From Microbotryum violaceum (Eukaryota), in the NCBI GenBank assembly GCA_001244265.2, contig CDLV01000019.1, positions 124,001 to 188,000 of the forward strand: DNA of 64,000 nucleotides, in the 5' to 3' direction. How positions within the stretch are numbered: position 1 is the stretch's first letter; every line of letters begins with the position of its first letter. Shown piece after piece: positions 25,165 to 37,600 of the stretch. A model generated the notes under the pieces. The model was not told the origin of the DNA and did no database searches. It saw only the letters and a program-made list of their open reading frames with translations. Made by a program: the position numbers and the translations under genes.

Positions 25165-26849
25165 TTATTGAACTAGGCCAGTGATCATTTCCTCACAGCG
25201 AAGAGCGATAGCTTCAGCAAGCTGTAAGGTACTACGAATTTGAAGATTCCACCGCTTTGTTGCCATGTCATCAAGCAGGAGTTCGCTTTCCTCGGGCGCA
25301 GGACTTGCAGTGGCGGCGGCTGCAACATTCGACATGACACCATCACCTGCTTTGCCATCTCCAATGAAGTTCACCAGTCCAAGCACCTGATTGATTGAGG
25401 CGCAAAGCCTGCCTTGTTGGATCATTGTGCGGACCATTGATTCCCCGGATGAGGGACGGATGCCCAGCAAATGTCCAAGTCCAGTGAAGGTTATGTTGTT
25501 GTAGACTTTTGATGTAGCAAGAATGTTGTGCTCCATCACAGCACGGTCCAGAAGTGTTTCGGGACCTCTCTTGCCCATTTCCATAGTGGTGTCATCTTCA
25601 ATGACGGTGACAGCAGCTGGCGGCAAGCGAGCAAGCTGGTGAGGCGAAAGGCTTGCAGCAAATTCGGCGATCTCGGTCGGCTGAAAGGTCTGATCAAGGA
25701 ACATCTTGGCCAGGACGGTCTGATGGGGGGTTTCGCTCGACCGTTCGTCGCGGAATAGTGCAGAGAGAATGCGTGATCGTCTCGGTCCCGCCGGCGCCAA
25801 GATGGCACAGGTAATGGCTGCAGCACTGTAGCAAAACAAGCGCAAGAATATGTCAGCTTGGGCCGTTTGCTGCGCTTAGTGGAAGGTGGCACAAAGACGA
25901 ACAGACACCGCAAACGATCTGCTTCCTCAAGTGCGGCAATGTAGCTGATCTCGTGATACCTCGAAGCGGCCTCGACGAATTTGCGGTTGAAGTCTAGCAT
26001 ACGAGCCTGGCAGAGTTTGAACTGGAGTTGCGTCTCCAGGTCGTCTGTGCTATGGCTGATCAAGGATGCGCGATTGAAATAGGTCTCGGCCGACGTCGAA
26101 TCCTCTTCTTCCAAATAGAGACGCACGATGCGAATATAGATCTTGAGCTTGTACTCGACAGGTCTGGAAGTGACCCGAAAATAAGCTTTTCTTAGCTTCT
26201 AGCCAGATGTCCCTCATGCAAGTGCCACAGGTGTCCCAGGCTTACCGGTCAGAAGCGTCGGTGACTACGCCAACCAGTACTTGCGCCGCTGAGATCCACT
26301 CCTCGTCTTCCTCCAGCAGCGTTGCATAGTGCTCACGCAACGTAGTGATCTATATATCCTCGCGGTCAGTGATCGTGATATTTGGCGATCTTGTTCCGCC
26401 ACAGCATCAGCTCAGAGGTGGCAGCGCCCCTTGCCATGGGCTCGCGAGAGGGGCGGGTGGGGGTGAAGGGTTCTTACCTGCTCCTCATAAGTCGTGGTAC
26501 GCGACTGAAGCTTTTGAAGACTTTCACCCATCGCATGTTTCTTGACATCACGATTGACAATATTACACAGCGTTTCGATGTACGTGGACAGCGTTGGGCG
26601 AGCGACGATAGGGGGAAAATCTGAAGCCAGAGTCGCATCGAGGAAGCGAATGAGGTCGAGTGGCAGCGATGAGGATGCGGAGACCACCTCATTGAGGAGC
26701 TGCATACATGCTGGGGCCTGCAGTGGAGCCCAATATGCAGTGCATAGTCACGTCAGTGTGGACTCATTTGTTTGTGAGGCAGATCGTGCACTCGCCCTGT
26801 CTCTCTGAGGCATCGACGCGATCGCCTCGACACGTTGATCAACCTCCAT
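25165..26849 (-). CDS. CSN4: COP9 signalosome subunit 4 (PCI domain), multi-exon
   Basis: RLYLEEEDSTSAETYFNRA, FKLCQARMLDFNRKF, CAILAPAGPRRSRIL, LDRAVMEHNIL..SKVYNNITF. Inferred first exon MEVDQRVEAIASMPQRDR. Confidence 0.93.
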
Positions 26850-27072
26850 CTCCGTCTGTCGAGTGTTCCCGCGCTACCTTTACCACGGTCGTTCTCGCTG
26901 CTACTACTGTTGTTGCTGTTGTCGATGAATCAGTTGCGCGCTATCGCCGACGAGCACTGGTCGCGGTCGGCGGGGCGTGTGGGGTGAACTGGAACCGACA
27001 GCGCTCAGGCTCACGCGCCGGAAACTGCAAGCTCTTGCAAGCGAGCCAAGCAGTAGCGAGGCCAAGCGAAGC

Positions 27073-29327
27073 AGGACCCCCGAAAGCCCAGCCTGAGGCG
27101 CGTAGGTAAAATTCGCCAACCGGATTTTGGACATCATTTGTCCACCATTTTTTGGATTTTTCGGCCAAAAAGGTCCCCAACATGACCAGGCCATCTACGC
27201 ACGTCCAAAAATAGCTCTAGAATTGCTTCAAATGCTCTAAAACATCTTCAAAAATCGCGAAAACGCCGTCCGGACGTTTCTCGCCCGGACCGAATCGCCG
27301 GAGCCCGCGCGCGCATCAGCCGTTTCGGTTCTGCTTCGCCGAGGGCTGCTCACCTGCACTTACTGCCTACCTCTTTGGCTATGATTTAAAGTGGTCATGG
27401 TATACATGTAACGTACCACGAGAGGTAAGATCGATTGCAGTCACTCTGCGAAGCAGTAAGCTAGCTACGGTGAGATGTACGAACCAAGTCCAATCGACAG
27501 TTGTTCTTCTCCTATGTTGCTGGCGTCACAACTGACAGGTATCATGCCTCGTTTCAATACAGAGCAGACAAGAGAGCCGATTTTCAAAGGCGTAGCTGAC
27601 GTGACGTTTCCGTCGATCGACCCAAACGGTGGGATCTTGGGCGGATGCCGTGTATTGCCTTGCTCGCAATTGCATCCGTACCTGGGCAAGAATGAACATT
27701 ATTGATGAGCACTCTCTGGGCCATATGTGCGGAGCCCACAATTGCAGCTCACTTCTTTATGTCCGTCTTCGATGTATCCTATGTTTTCTGTCTTGTTTGC
27801 GGTCGAAAAGCGACTGAAGGTCCCTTGTCCTGTCCAACGAAAGGACCTCGCAACTCCTGACATGGCTTCGAGACGGGCTGCACCCATTGAATGCACGAAG
27901 CCTCGGAGGACACTGGAGTGCATTTCACCGTGCTCGGACAATTTTGCTTTTGATGTGGGATCGGATACTTGGGAAGTCGAGGTGGTGGCGCCGTGCCTTC
28001 CCTTGAGTAGGACAACTCTGAGATGGAAGCATTGATGTGCCCGACGGTGCTGGATCAAGCTTTTCAGATCAAGCGCAAGCTGACGAGATTCGTGACGCAG
28101 AAGGGATGGGAGCCGAATAGTTTGGCCTGTGAAAGAATGCTGGATCCATTTAGTGTTGCTAAACGAAACCAGTTGCTTAAATGAACCTACACGACCCGGC
28201 AAGCTTTCATTTGCTGTCACAATGGCGTCAAGCAGGCAGTGTTCCTCTGCTTGAGCATCGGCCTTGTCATAGGCCTGCTGAACGGCAAGCCTAGAATTGG
28301 AAGAGACGTATCATCAGCTCGGAGGAGGCTGGTACAGGTCTCAAGCACTCAAATTACAGTGCAGCATCATTGTCAAGGCCAAGAGCAGCTAAAGAGCGAA
28401 CAGCGTTTTCAACTGACTTCCACTCTTTCGGATCGTTTCGGGAGGTTGCGAGGCAGGACGGCGAAGCAAAGTGCCCCCGGTTGAGAAGTCGCGAGGCGGT
28501 GACGCGGCCTGGAGGAACGGCCGCGACGCAGCCGAGCGATCTGTTCTCTACGGAATCTCAGCAGTCTGATTGGTGAGATGAAACGATGATGCGATTGCAA
28601 CGGACCTGTTCTCTAACGAATCTCAGCAGTCTGAATGGTGAGGTGAAACGATAGAGAAGAGGGAGAGAGGCGCGAGAGCGCGCGAGTCTGACAAGGTTCT
28701 AGCAAGGGCGCGCGCTGGCGAGTCCGTCAAACGGCGGTCCGAGTCGAAGTGTTCGAAGGATAGGCAGAATGCAATTCAACAAAGAGACGGCGCACTCAGA
28801 CGAGACGCCTCGTTCAACCAACCAAGAGTATTATAATTGCAAAATCGAACCATTAGAGCCCTTGTTGTGAATTCGGTACCGGCCAGGGTGCTTCGCGCGC
28901 GCTCCGCACGTTCTTGCAAACTCTGGCGTACCAAGCCGAATGTGGCTGAAATGGGCCCAGATTTGTCCACTGGCACCGACCTACGGGCCTGGGACCTCAC
29001 CCGCACCGGCGCACCTGATTTGTCCACCATCTGAGGCCCACAATCATAGCAAAACCCCCCCCCCCTGAAATGGTACGATCCCGGGATGATACCCCCCCTG
29101 AAATGGTACGATCCCGGGATGAGGGTATCCCTGAAATGGTACGATCCCGGGATGAGGGTATGATCCCGGGATCGTACCATTTCAGGGGGGGATACCGGAT
29201 CATCCCGGGATCGTACCATTTCAGGAGGGGATACCGGATCATCCCGGGATCGTACCATTTCAGGGGGGGTTGCTATGATTTGTCCAGTCGGGCACTAAGC
29301 GCCTCAGGCCGGGCTTTCGGGGGTCCT
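27073..29327 (-). mobile_element. Non-autonomous deletion derivative of the AGG-TIR P-like transposon, both TIRs present
   Basis: Right TIR at 27073, left TIR ending at 29327. Internal parts match 45960-47669 and 41299-41660 in reverse. Confidence 0.92.
29045..29277. mobile_element. Foldback MITE, CATAGC termini, AT TSD, three ~30-bp repeats per arm
   Basis: AT|CATAGCAA...TTGCTATG|AT. Unit CCCTGAAATGGTACGATCCCGGGATGA occurs 3 times and its reverse complement 3 times. The empty site is visible at ~41340-41365. Confidence 0.88.
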
Positions 29328-30139
29328 TGTTCACCCCGCACTCGCCTTTCGACCCGCTCGGCGCGCCCGTTGCCATCACCTTTGGCAACCTGCCAGCTGC
29401 TAGATCTCGCGAGATGCACGCCTTCTCACGCCTTTACTCGTCTTCATTCACTGGCAGCTGCTTGCTTTCCGCCCATAGTCTCCACTACTCGCTCGCCCCT
29501 CACTCACAAGGCAACTTGCCCCGCCCACATCCAGTCTACACGGTCATCTTCCGTCATCAAATCCCATTTCCGAACGCCAGAGGACATAGTATTCGACCAC
29601 AAAGCTTCCTAATCTTGGGAGATCGCACGATTGGTCATAGTTGCCGAGTCACGATTGAGCCTCCTTGCGGTGGGGCAACAAGGGCACGAGTAGGTTGAAG
29701 GCGTCGATTATCCCGGACATTCTTTGTTGTAAACCAGTGGGAACCCGTTAAATTAACGGGAGGATGAAATTTAAAAAAATAGGAGGATAATCGAACAGTC
29801 TACATGAGTTCAGCGCAGAGGTTATGGGGTTAGGCGATGAGCAGCCCAGCTTAGCAAAACCCGCAAGAGAAATGTTGGGGTGGAAGCCATCTTCCCCTGC
29901 AGAAAATAGTAGTGGCTACCGGAGAGGCAACGCAGACGGATGGAGCGAGCTGATGACTTAGTACTTGGGCCGACCATCGGGACATCGATCACTGTTCACC
30001 TGGGGAATAAGGTCTTGCAGACCACGATCTCCCATGATGGTGTCGGAATCACAGATAAGCATCGCCATTTCCGTGCTTGACGTAGGAAGGTTGTGGGTGT
30101 GTTGGCCTCGGCCTACTGGTATACAGAGGGGCAGGATCC

Positions 30140-31649
30140 ACTATTTGGCTTAGGCCATATCCCAACCTGCGCGAGCTTTGGTCAATGCAAACAGCCTCAC
30201 AAAGCGATTGTTGATACGCAACTTGGACTCGAGCTTGGTCAAGTAGATCTTTGTATGCGACTGTCTGCGCCTTCGGGTCCAAGTCGACTGTCGGTGGCCT
30301 CGGCCGGGTCGATGAGCCATGTTTGGGCAAAGGCTAGGCGTTGATTCACGGCAGGGATCAGTGCGCAAGTCGATGATAGAGGCGACCGAACACGCGAAAA
30401 ACAGGGAGTCCTAGAGTGCCCAGTCGTGTCTGCTCGAAGCGAGCAGCGAGCGAAGTGAAAGACAGCGCGTTGTTGTACGACTGGGCGTTTTCGCGGATTG
30501 CTTTAAATTATGTGTGCGTGGGAAGCACAGTTCAGCATGTGGGCCTACTGCAGACGAATGTTGGATGGAGCAACTGACCGCTATCCGAGCCTTCAAGAAG
30601 CTGCCGATACTCGAGATTGGGCTGGGGAGGGGGAGGTAGCCGCACCTTGCCCTGCGAGCAGCACGCGCTGGAGTGTCCGGTCGACTTCGACCTTTCGAAC
30701 TCCCAGTGCAAAGCCTTTCAATGGGTGCACACGTCCGTCTGGGGCCGAGGTCGTCGCGGATCGAAACGTGGGGTCAGCGTCGGGTCGGCCATCGCGCTGA
30801 CCTCGCTGCCCGTTTTGCACAGCTGCACGGCGGGCTCGTATACGTGTCGCAATGCCAAGATTGGTTGAATTGTTGTCATGACGCGCGGAGGGCTGTTTCT
30901 GTTGATCGGAGCGGGACCGTGAAGAGGAGTGTCGAGGCGCGGGGCGCCCAGCAGCGGGCGCTCGAGCAGGCCCATGGTACGGCGCTATCCTCGCGCCCAA
31001 GACTTGGCGAGGTTGCGATGGCCCTCCCTGGCGACCTTGGGACCGGGGCACAGTAGCGAAGGTTTGTTCTTGAATGAGTGTCACTAAAATTGGATGAGAG
31101 TGGGAGGGAGAAAGGAAAGGTTCGAGGGAGTGGCGCAGGATTATTTACGTGGTTTGATTTGTTGTTCAGCCCCTAATGCCGCTGGTCGAATGCCATACGG
31201 GCAAATTGGTTGTTCAGCCCCTAATGCCGCTGGTCGACTGCCGGAATGACACTCCACCGCCGGCGCACCGCATCACGTGACAAACGCCAGCCCTCGCCTC
31301 GCACGTCAGGCAGAGCTCTGCTGTAGAAGCAATAACATGCAAAGCCACGCGCTTGCGGTTCATTAAATGCAATATGAGTGGAAGCATTGTTTTATGTGAG
31401 CGAAAAAAAGAAGGAAAATACTGGGAGCGCTGTAGCTTCGTTGGAACGGCGCGGAAAATACAAAAGTCACCACAGCGTTTGTACATGATTTCTGATCGGA
31501 ACATGGACACCACAGGCAGGTGCGGCAGACACAACAGTATGCTGGTACATCCACCACAGGCGGCCCGGAGGGCCGCAACCTAGTTAAAAACAGCGATTTT
31601 AGGTACATTCCTTAACTCACACTTTTTTTTTACTGGTTAGGGTAATAGA
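30140..31649 (-). mobile_element. Helitron 5'/N-terminal fragment
   Basis: Homologous to the other Helitron fragments (VCTH.KALHWEFE, ACCSQGKVRLPPP). Confidence 0.85.
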
Positions 31650-31770
31650 CGAGTGCGGTGGCGCGCTTCGCGCGCCATGATGTCACGCCACGTGGTTTCT
31701 CTCGTTCTAGAACGTTCTTTGTCTCGACGGCCTATTTTATTATATAATAATAATAAATAATAAAATAATA

Positions 31771-33486
31771 CTAGGTTCGGCGGCGCGCTCCGCGCGCCAC
31801 CTCACAGACGTCGATGTTGATGCGGTAGAGGCAGGGTTCGGCGAAGAACTGTGTGGGACCGGACCGGAACGCTCTCGCTCGAGCCTTTCAGACCTCCGAG
31901 ACGTCGTGCAACTATCAGTATTTTTGTTGTTGTCCATCTGTAGCAATGGCAGTAAAGACTCACATTTAGTGTGCCAATGACCCGGATTCTCAACTATACG
32001 AAGTCAAGCAGCACCTCAACTTCCCCCAGAAGTCAGCATTCCATCAAGCAAGCGTCGATGATTTGTGCAGGCGATGACTTGGGAATAACGGGAAGGGATC
32101 TTGAGAAGACTTGTCCCTTGATGTTACAGTCCAACCGGTCAGTCAGTCATGCTGCCCTGCGCTTTGCTTTTGAAACATTGGCACATACCTGTCAGCACGA
32201 CGGTCACTCCACCGAACCGAGCCATTGAGGATCTGCCACGGGATGGTGAGCCGCAATTCAAGGACCTATTTTTCTTGCGTGATTCGTTACAACTATTAGT
32301 ATTCTTGCTGTTGTCCATCTGTAGCTATGGCAGTGAAGACTCACATTTAGTGTTCCAATGACCCGGATTCTCAGCCGTACAAAGTCAAGCAGCACCTCAA
32401 CTTCAACCCAGAAGTCAGCATTCATGATGCAAGCGTCGACGATTTGTATAGGCGATGACTTGAGAACAACGGGAAGGCACTGCTTCGGATCTCCTGTCAT
32501 GTTACAGCCCAAACGGTCAGTTAGTCATGCTGCCCTGCGCTTTGCTTTTGAAAGATTGGCACACACCTGCCAACACGACGGTCACTCCACTGAACCGAGC
32601 CGTGGAATAACGGGAAGGCATTGCTTCGGATTTTCTGTGATGTTACAGTCCAACCGGTTGGTTAGTCATGCTGCCCTGCGCTTTGCTTTTGAAAGATTGG
32701 CACATACCTGCCAACACGACGGTCACTCCACCGAACCAAGCCGTTGAGGGTGACGGGAAGGCATTGCTTCGGATCCCCTGTGATGTTACAGTCCAACCGG
32801 TCAGTTAAGCATGCTGCCCTGCGTTTTGCTTCTGAAAGATTGGCACACACCTGCCATCGCGACGGTCACTCCACCGAACCGAGCCGTCGAGGATTTGCCA
32901 CGGGATCTGTACTGCATGCTGCACAGAAAACTTGTTCCGTATTCGTTGCAGAGCTTCCACGACGACCGCTTCGGATGTCGCGAGCTCGAGGTGGCGATGG
33001 GATGAGGTGCGATGGGCGAGGTGTGAAGAGCAGGAGGGAGAAAGATGGGGAAGCCTGCGCCTCAGTTTGAACCGGACTCATAGAATGTCGTGGAAGGCCG
33101 CGGAACGTCGTGGAGTGAAGCCCGAAGCAGAAGGTCATGTGCCAGGCTGCTTTGATGGGAAATGGAACCTCGGCGAACGTGGACGGAATGGTCTGTCGCC
33201 ACGTGATTTGTCTCCCGTTCTCTGACGTTCTTTGACGTCGACGTGGTAGACACGCAAAACAGTCTGCTTCGGGACACAGAGAGTCACGTGCTATTCAATG
33301 GAACCTCGGCGAACGTAGGCGAAACGGTCTGAAACAGCGCTAGCTAGCTGGGACGCGTTGGACCGAGAGCTGCTGATGACGTCACGCCACGTGGTTTGTC
33401 TTCTGTTCTAGAAGATTCTTTGTCTCGACGTATCCATTTAGTAGAATAGAAGATAGTTTTAAGGATATATAGATAGAGGTAGTAAA
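31771..33486 (-). mobile_element. Non-autonomous Helitron with canonical 3' end and repeated PIF1 fragments
   Basis: Minus strand ends with hairpin GGCGCGCGGAGCGCGCC then GCCGAACCTAG|T. GDPKQCLPV (helicase motif III) is repeated. Confidence 0.8.
32085..32890. repeat. Four ~140-bp direct repeats (last three tandem) inside the Helitron
   Basis: Unit ...ACGGGAAGG...CATGCTGCCCTGCG...GACGGTCACTCCACCGAACC at ~32085, 32468, 32605 and 32750. Confidence 0.85.
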
Positions 33487-35029
33487 CTCTTGACGGCGCC
33501 ACGCCTGCGCCCCGCCTCGCACGCTGACCCAGCCGCAACCCGCCGCTTTCCCCACATGAGACGGCTTGCCAGCTGCGACACGGCGCGGCAGTACAGGCGA
33601 TGACTGCCTTGCAGACTTACCCTGGCCAGCAGTGGTCTTCCTTCCTTTTCAAACTCTCCGAGTTCAGAGTTGAAATATGGCTAGGCCTCACCCTCGTGGT
33701 GTACGTCATCGTCTCATACCTGGGTCGCCGAGCCAATACGTGTAAGTAATAGTGACTTTCGCGGCTCACCAACCAGAAGGGCTCCGAATGGATTTAAGAG
33801 GCATTGATGAGCACCCCCTTCCTCTTTCCTCTTCACATCGATCTAGATGTGGCGCGAAACGTCATGCTGGCTGTTGCACCAGCCCTGCGAGAGGAATTTG
33901 CCGGCGTGGGCTTCAATGACCATCTCTTCGTCCTCGATGGCGGGGATTCGGTCAAATCATATGCGACAGGGCGTCGCGCCTTCGATTGGGCATGGATACA
34001 GGTCAAACTGCCGTCGAGGCAAGACCCACTGTTTTACCTCAACCACCTGCGGGCAATTTTCGATCATAAGTCAGTTTTCTGAAGTCGCGGAGCCATGGTT
34101 TGCCGTGCTAAAAGGTTAAACACTGGTCGCTCAGTTATCAACTGAAGACGGACCGCTTCACACTCGAATGCGAACTATCGGAACCATCCGGATTCTTTTG
34201 TTTGGCGATTCTGGACCGAAGGGTTCTCCGGACCACTCGCGAGCGCTGGGACATGGTGAGAACTGCTAGATCAGAACGGCGGCTGAAGCCAGTCAGCGGG
34301 ACTGATTTACACTCTGTCTTGTACAGCTTACTTTCACCTGTGTCTCCGAACACACTAATGTGGACCCGTCTTTGATCATCTTGACGGAATCAGGCGACAT
34401 CAACTCTGCGCTGCTACGTGATCCCGCAAATAATATCTTCGGCGACGTCTTCGCGCCAGGTTCTCAGTGCCTGCGGTATTTCGAATCCCTTGTCATAACG
34501 GACAGTGGAGGGAGTGCACCTGGCGATATGTAAGTTCCAATGACCTCGGTGCCATTCCAAAACATCCGCCACGGGAGTTGAATCACCATGCTGGTGCCTT
34601 GCTCATAGCGCATTCCGACTCCCTGACAAGAATCTCCGAATCGAGCTAGCTCTGCGGCTTCCTCCAACCTCTCACCTTCAAGAACTTGCTCCGTGGGTCA
34701 ATCTTGTATGCGACTTAGGGGACCTATTACATTCTAAGCAGAACCTGGTCCCGAAAATGGCGGTTACCAAGGGGGCAAGTCACCATCTTCCTAAATGCCT
34801 ATAGGCGGTGGCTGTTTGACCCCAAAGCTGACAGCAACGGTATTTCCCTTTTACCTAGAAAGCACGCCGTGCTGCAGTGATCAAGCAGATACACGACTTG
34901 GCTCGACAAGAAACCATGAATGATTCGCGTAAGCAAAAAGACGAGCTTGCTGCGCAAAAGCGCCGCCTCGAGCAGACTAAAACAGAAACAAAACTGTAAG
35001 TTATCAGGTGCCAAGTCACTGGTTTTCAA

Positions 35030-37600
35030 AAATACCAGCAGAGACTCAGAAGACTACTTGTAGGTGCGGGTCTCATATTGTTGTGACGAGTGCCAAGATC
35101 TGGGTCAAGGCTGGATGTATGCTGGCCTGAATTTCGTGCGCTGTTGCGTATTGCTTATCTCGCAGCAATTTGATTGCTGCGTCCTGCAGCTCGAGGCGCT
35201 CCTGCATCCCTTCAAGGCGAAGGGTGAAGCTCTTGCGGTGCTCGGTCAGGGTGGACTCCAGCCTTTCCAGCCGCGGCTTGTCTACGTGGGTCTCAACCTC
35301 CGCCAGCCGAGTGACGAAAGTTTGATAATCCGATGCAGTCCTCGCCAATTCGACCAGTTGACGCCCGTGATTGTAGATGATCGCGCGCATATTCTCGATC
35401 CCATCGACTCCGTCGTTTGCTGGGTTGTTCAGCTGCATATGGAGGTCTTTGATCGCGATCGCTGTGTCATCTGTTGCCTTCGACATCTCACCCAATATTC
35501 GTTCGTGCTGAGCTATCTTGGTCGTCTGGCCTTGTATGATGACATCGTTAGCACTTGTGTCTTCCGATTGCGTGTCGCTCAGCCTCAAGTGATCTTGCTG
35601 TAATCGTTCGAGGCTATCCTTCAACCCTTTGAAGCTGTTTTGAAGTTCTTCGACGCAATCAACAATTCCAGAAGACTCGAGCGCGCTTTCGATCATCTGC
35701 TCGAGCTTTTCGTCAAGCTTTCGTCCGTAAAGAACCTGGGGTGAGGATATACAGCATAAGAGCTAGCACTCGCTCAGAGTGGACCACACACCCTGCGCGC
35801 TCACCGCATCTTGACGCTGCACAAACCCGGACACCGCACATCGGGATCAACCCAGATCAGGCAGCAAGAATGCAGTGCGGATTTACTCACTGAGTTGCAT
35901 TCGGCACGTAAAGACGAATGCTCTCTGTTCAGCCAGCTTCGCAGGTTGTGTTCGATTTGGTGAAGCTGGTTCCACCCTCCGAACAAGCCAGAAAACCCGA
36001 AAGGAAGGGGGGAAGAGGGGGGGGGGGGGGTCAGACTCTGACCTAGCCTCGGCAGCAGAGAATAAGCTGGCCATACCCCTTCTTGGTGGCCATCATCACT
36101 GGAGCCAAGATGCTGCCTCGCATCTGCTCCATCGTTTTTGATGCTGTCCTCTAGAGCATTGATGCGTTTTTCAACCTCGTCTTGACCGTCCATCACATTG
36201 ATTATCGAAGGTCGAGGATAGAGACCTGGCGCGAGCTGGTGGGACACCTCGGTGACGACTTGCTCTTGAACACGGTCAGCAGAAGAATCTGCCAATAGGT
36301 CAACGTAATCACCCCGCGGACCAGATCTTGCTCCCTTAGCGATAGGGTGATCTCGGACGAGTTTGGTAGTCGTCTCTTCGGGCGGTGTCGGCAAGAACGC
36401 AGCCTCCAGAGCCTGAACCCGCGCCTCAAGCTTCATGTACTGCTTCTTGTACCATTTCGAGTGTGCGCTGAAATAACCGGCCGAAATTGGATCGGTAGGC
36501 ACCGATGAGATGGTATATCTGAGTTCTTCATCTTTGCCGGCCCACCGTGCCGAGTTGTGAAAAATCCGATTGGTGTCTGCTTCGCCTGCTAAGGAAGACA
36601 TAAGACGAGAGCATAGCTCAGTTGCCGAGGGCGGGTGAAACCAGACAGGTAATCGTGAGTCAACGCCATGCTCACTGTTCCTCCCAGCTTCAAACGCCAA
36701 ACGCAGCTGCTCAGTGCATAATTGTGGGAGCCAGCTTGCAAGTTCTTCCCTCATTGCTGAGCCCGCTCGACCCGTCCATGCCAGAGGGATAGGAGTATGT
36801 TGTTCTTGTGTCGATCTCTGCAGTGAAGTTGGCTCGACAACACGACGAGCTTTTTCGATTCCCTGGATGGCTGCGTGCTGTCGTAGTCGATCTTCATAAT
36901 TCGGGATCGTCGGCGAAGTCGTGCTGGCGACGAGCTGCAAAAGGGCCTGACCCGTTCTATCACGCTGCCTGGCAAGAGTCGCAATAGCTTCCTGAGGGAG
37001 AGAGGTGAAGAATCATTCTCTGAACCTTACTTTGCCTTGAGCTTAGCCCGATTGACGTGCACGACTCTCGACGAACCTCTTCGAGAGTGTCTTCTGATGG
37101 CCGCAACGCCTTACCGAGATCGGCAAGATGACTGTAGGCGTGAGAAACAGAGACCCTTTTCTGTGTCAGTAATCGAGACTGACATGACTTTTCGTGTCCG
37201 AGGTGAGTGTTTTCATTGTTGCTCTGTTCCCGGCTTCAGCGATGGTGACGTACATCGCTAACTGAGTTGTCAGTCGCCGAACCTCGCTATCGGCGAAGGG
37301 CGCCGAATCGGGCGGCATTATGAGGGAGAACCCAGGTCCGCTCCCCTGACAATCCTGGGGGTCATTTGGGGTGTTCTTGGGGGCCTGAAGACGGCTGTTG
37401 CTCTGCCCCTCATCTCTGACGGTAGCTGGCGGCGCTAGTCGAGGAGGCGCACTTCCAGACGCTTGTGGGGGCGGGCGGGCGTCACGGTGAAGCCCAGCTC
37501 GAGCTGGGAACGAAACGAAACAAACAGTCGTACAACCGAGTGTCAGCTTGAAGAGTGTACCTCTTCTGCTGTTGAGTCCGCTACTGTTCTCCATGTTGCC
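35030..37600 (-). CDS. Hypothetical multi-exon protein with coiled-coil C-terminal exon
   Basis: Long co-oriented ORFs 35073..35696 (heptad-like) and 35801..36940 with plausible GT..AG introns. No recognisable family. Confidence 0.5.

Noticed and set aside
29045-29277. CRISPR-like regular repeats
   Set aside because: The repeats have no unique spacers and invert at the centre, there are no cas genes, and the context is eukaryotic. It is a foldback MITE.
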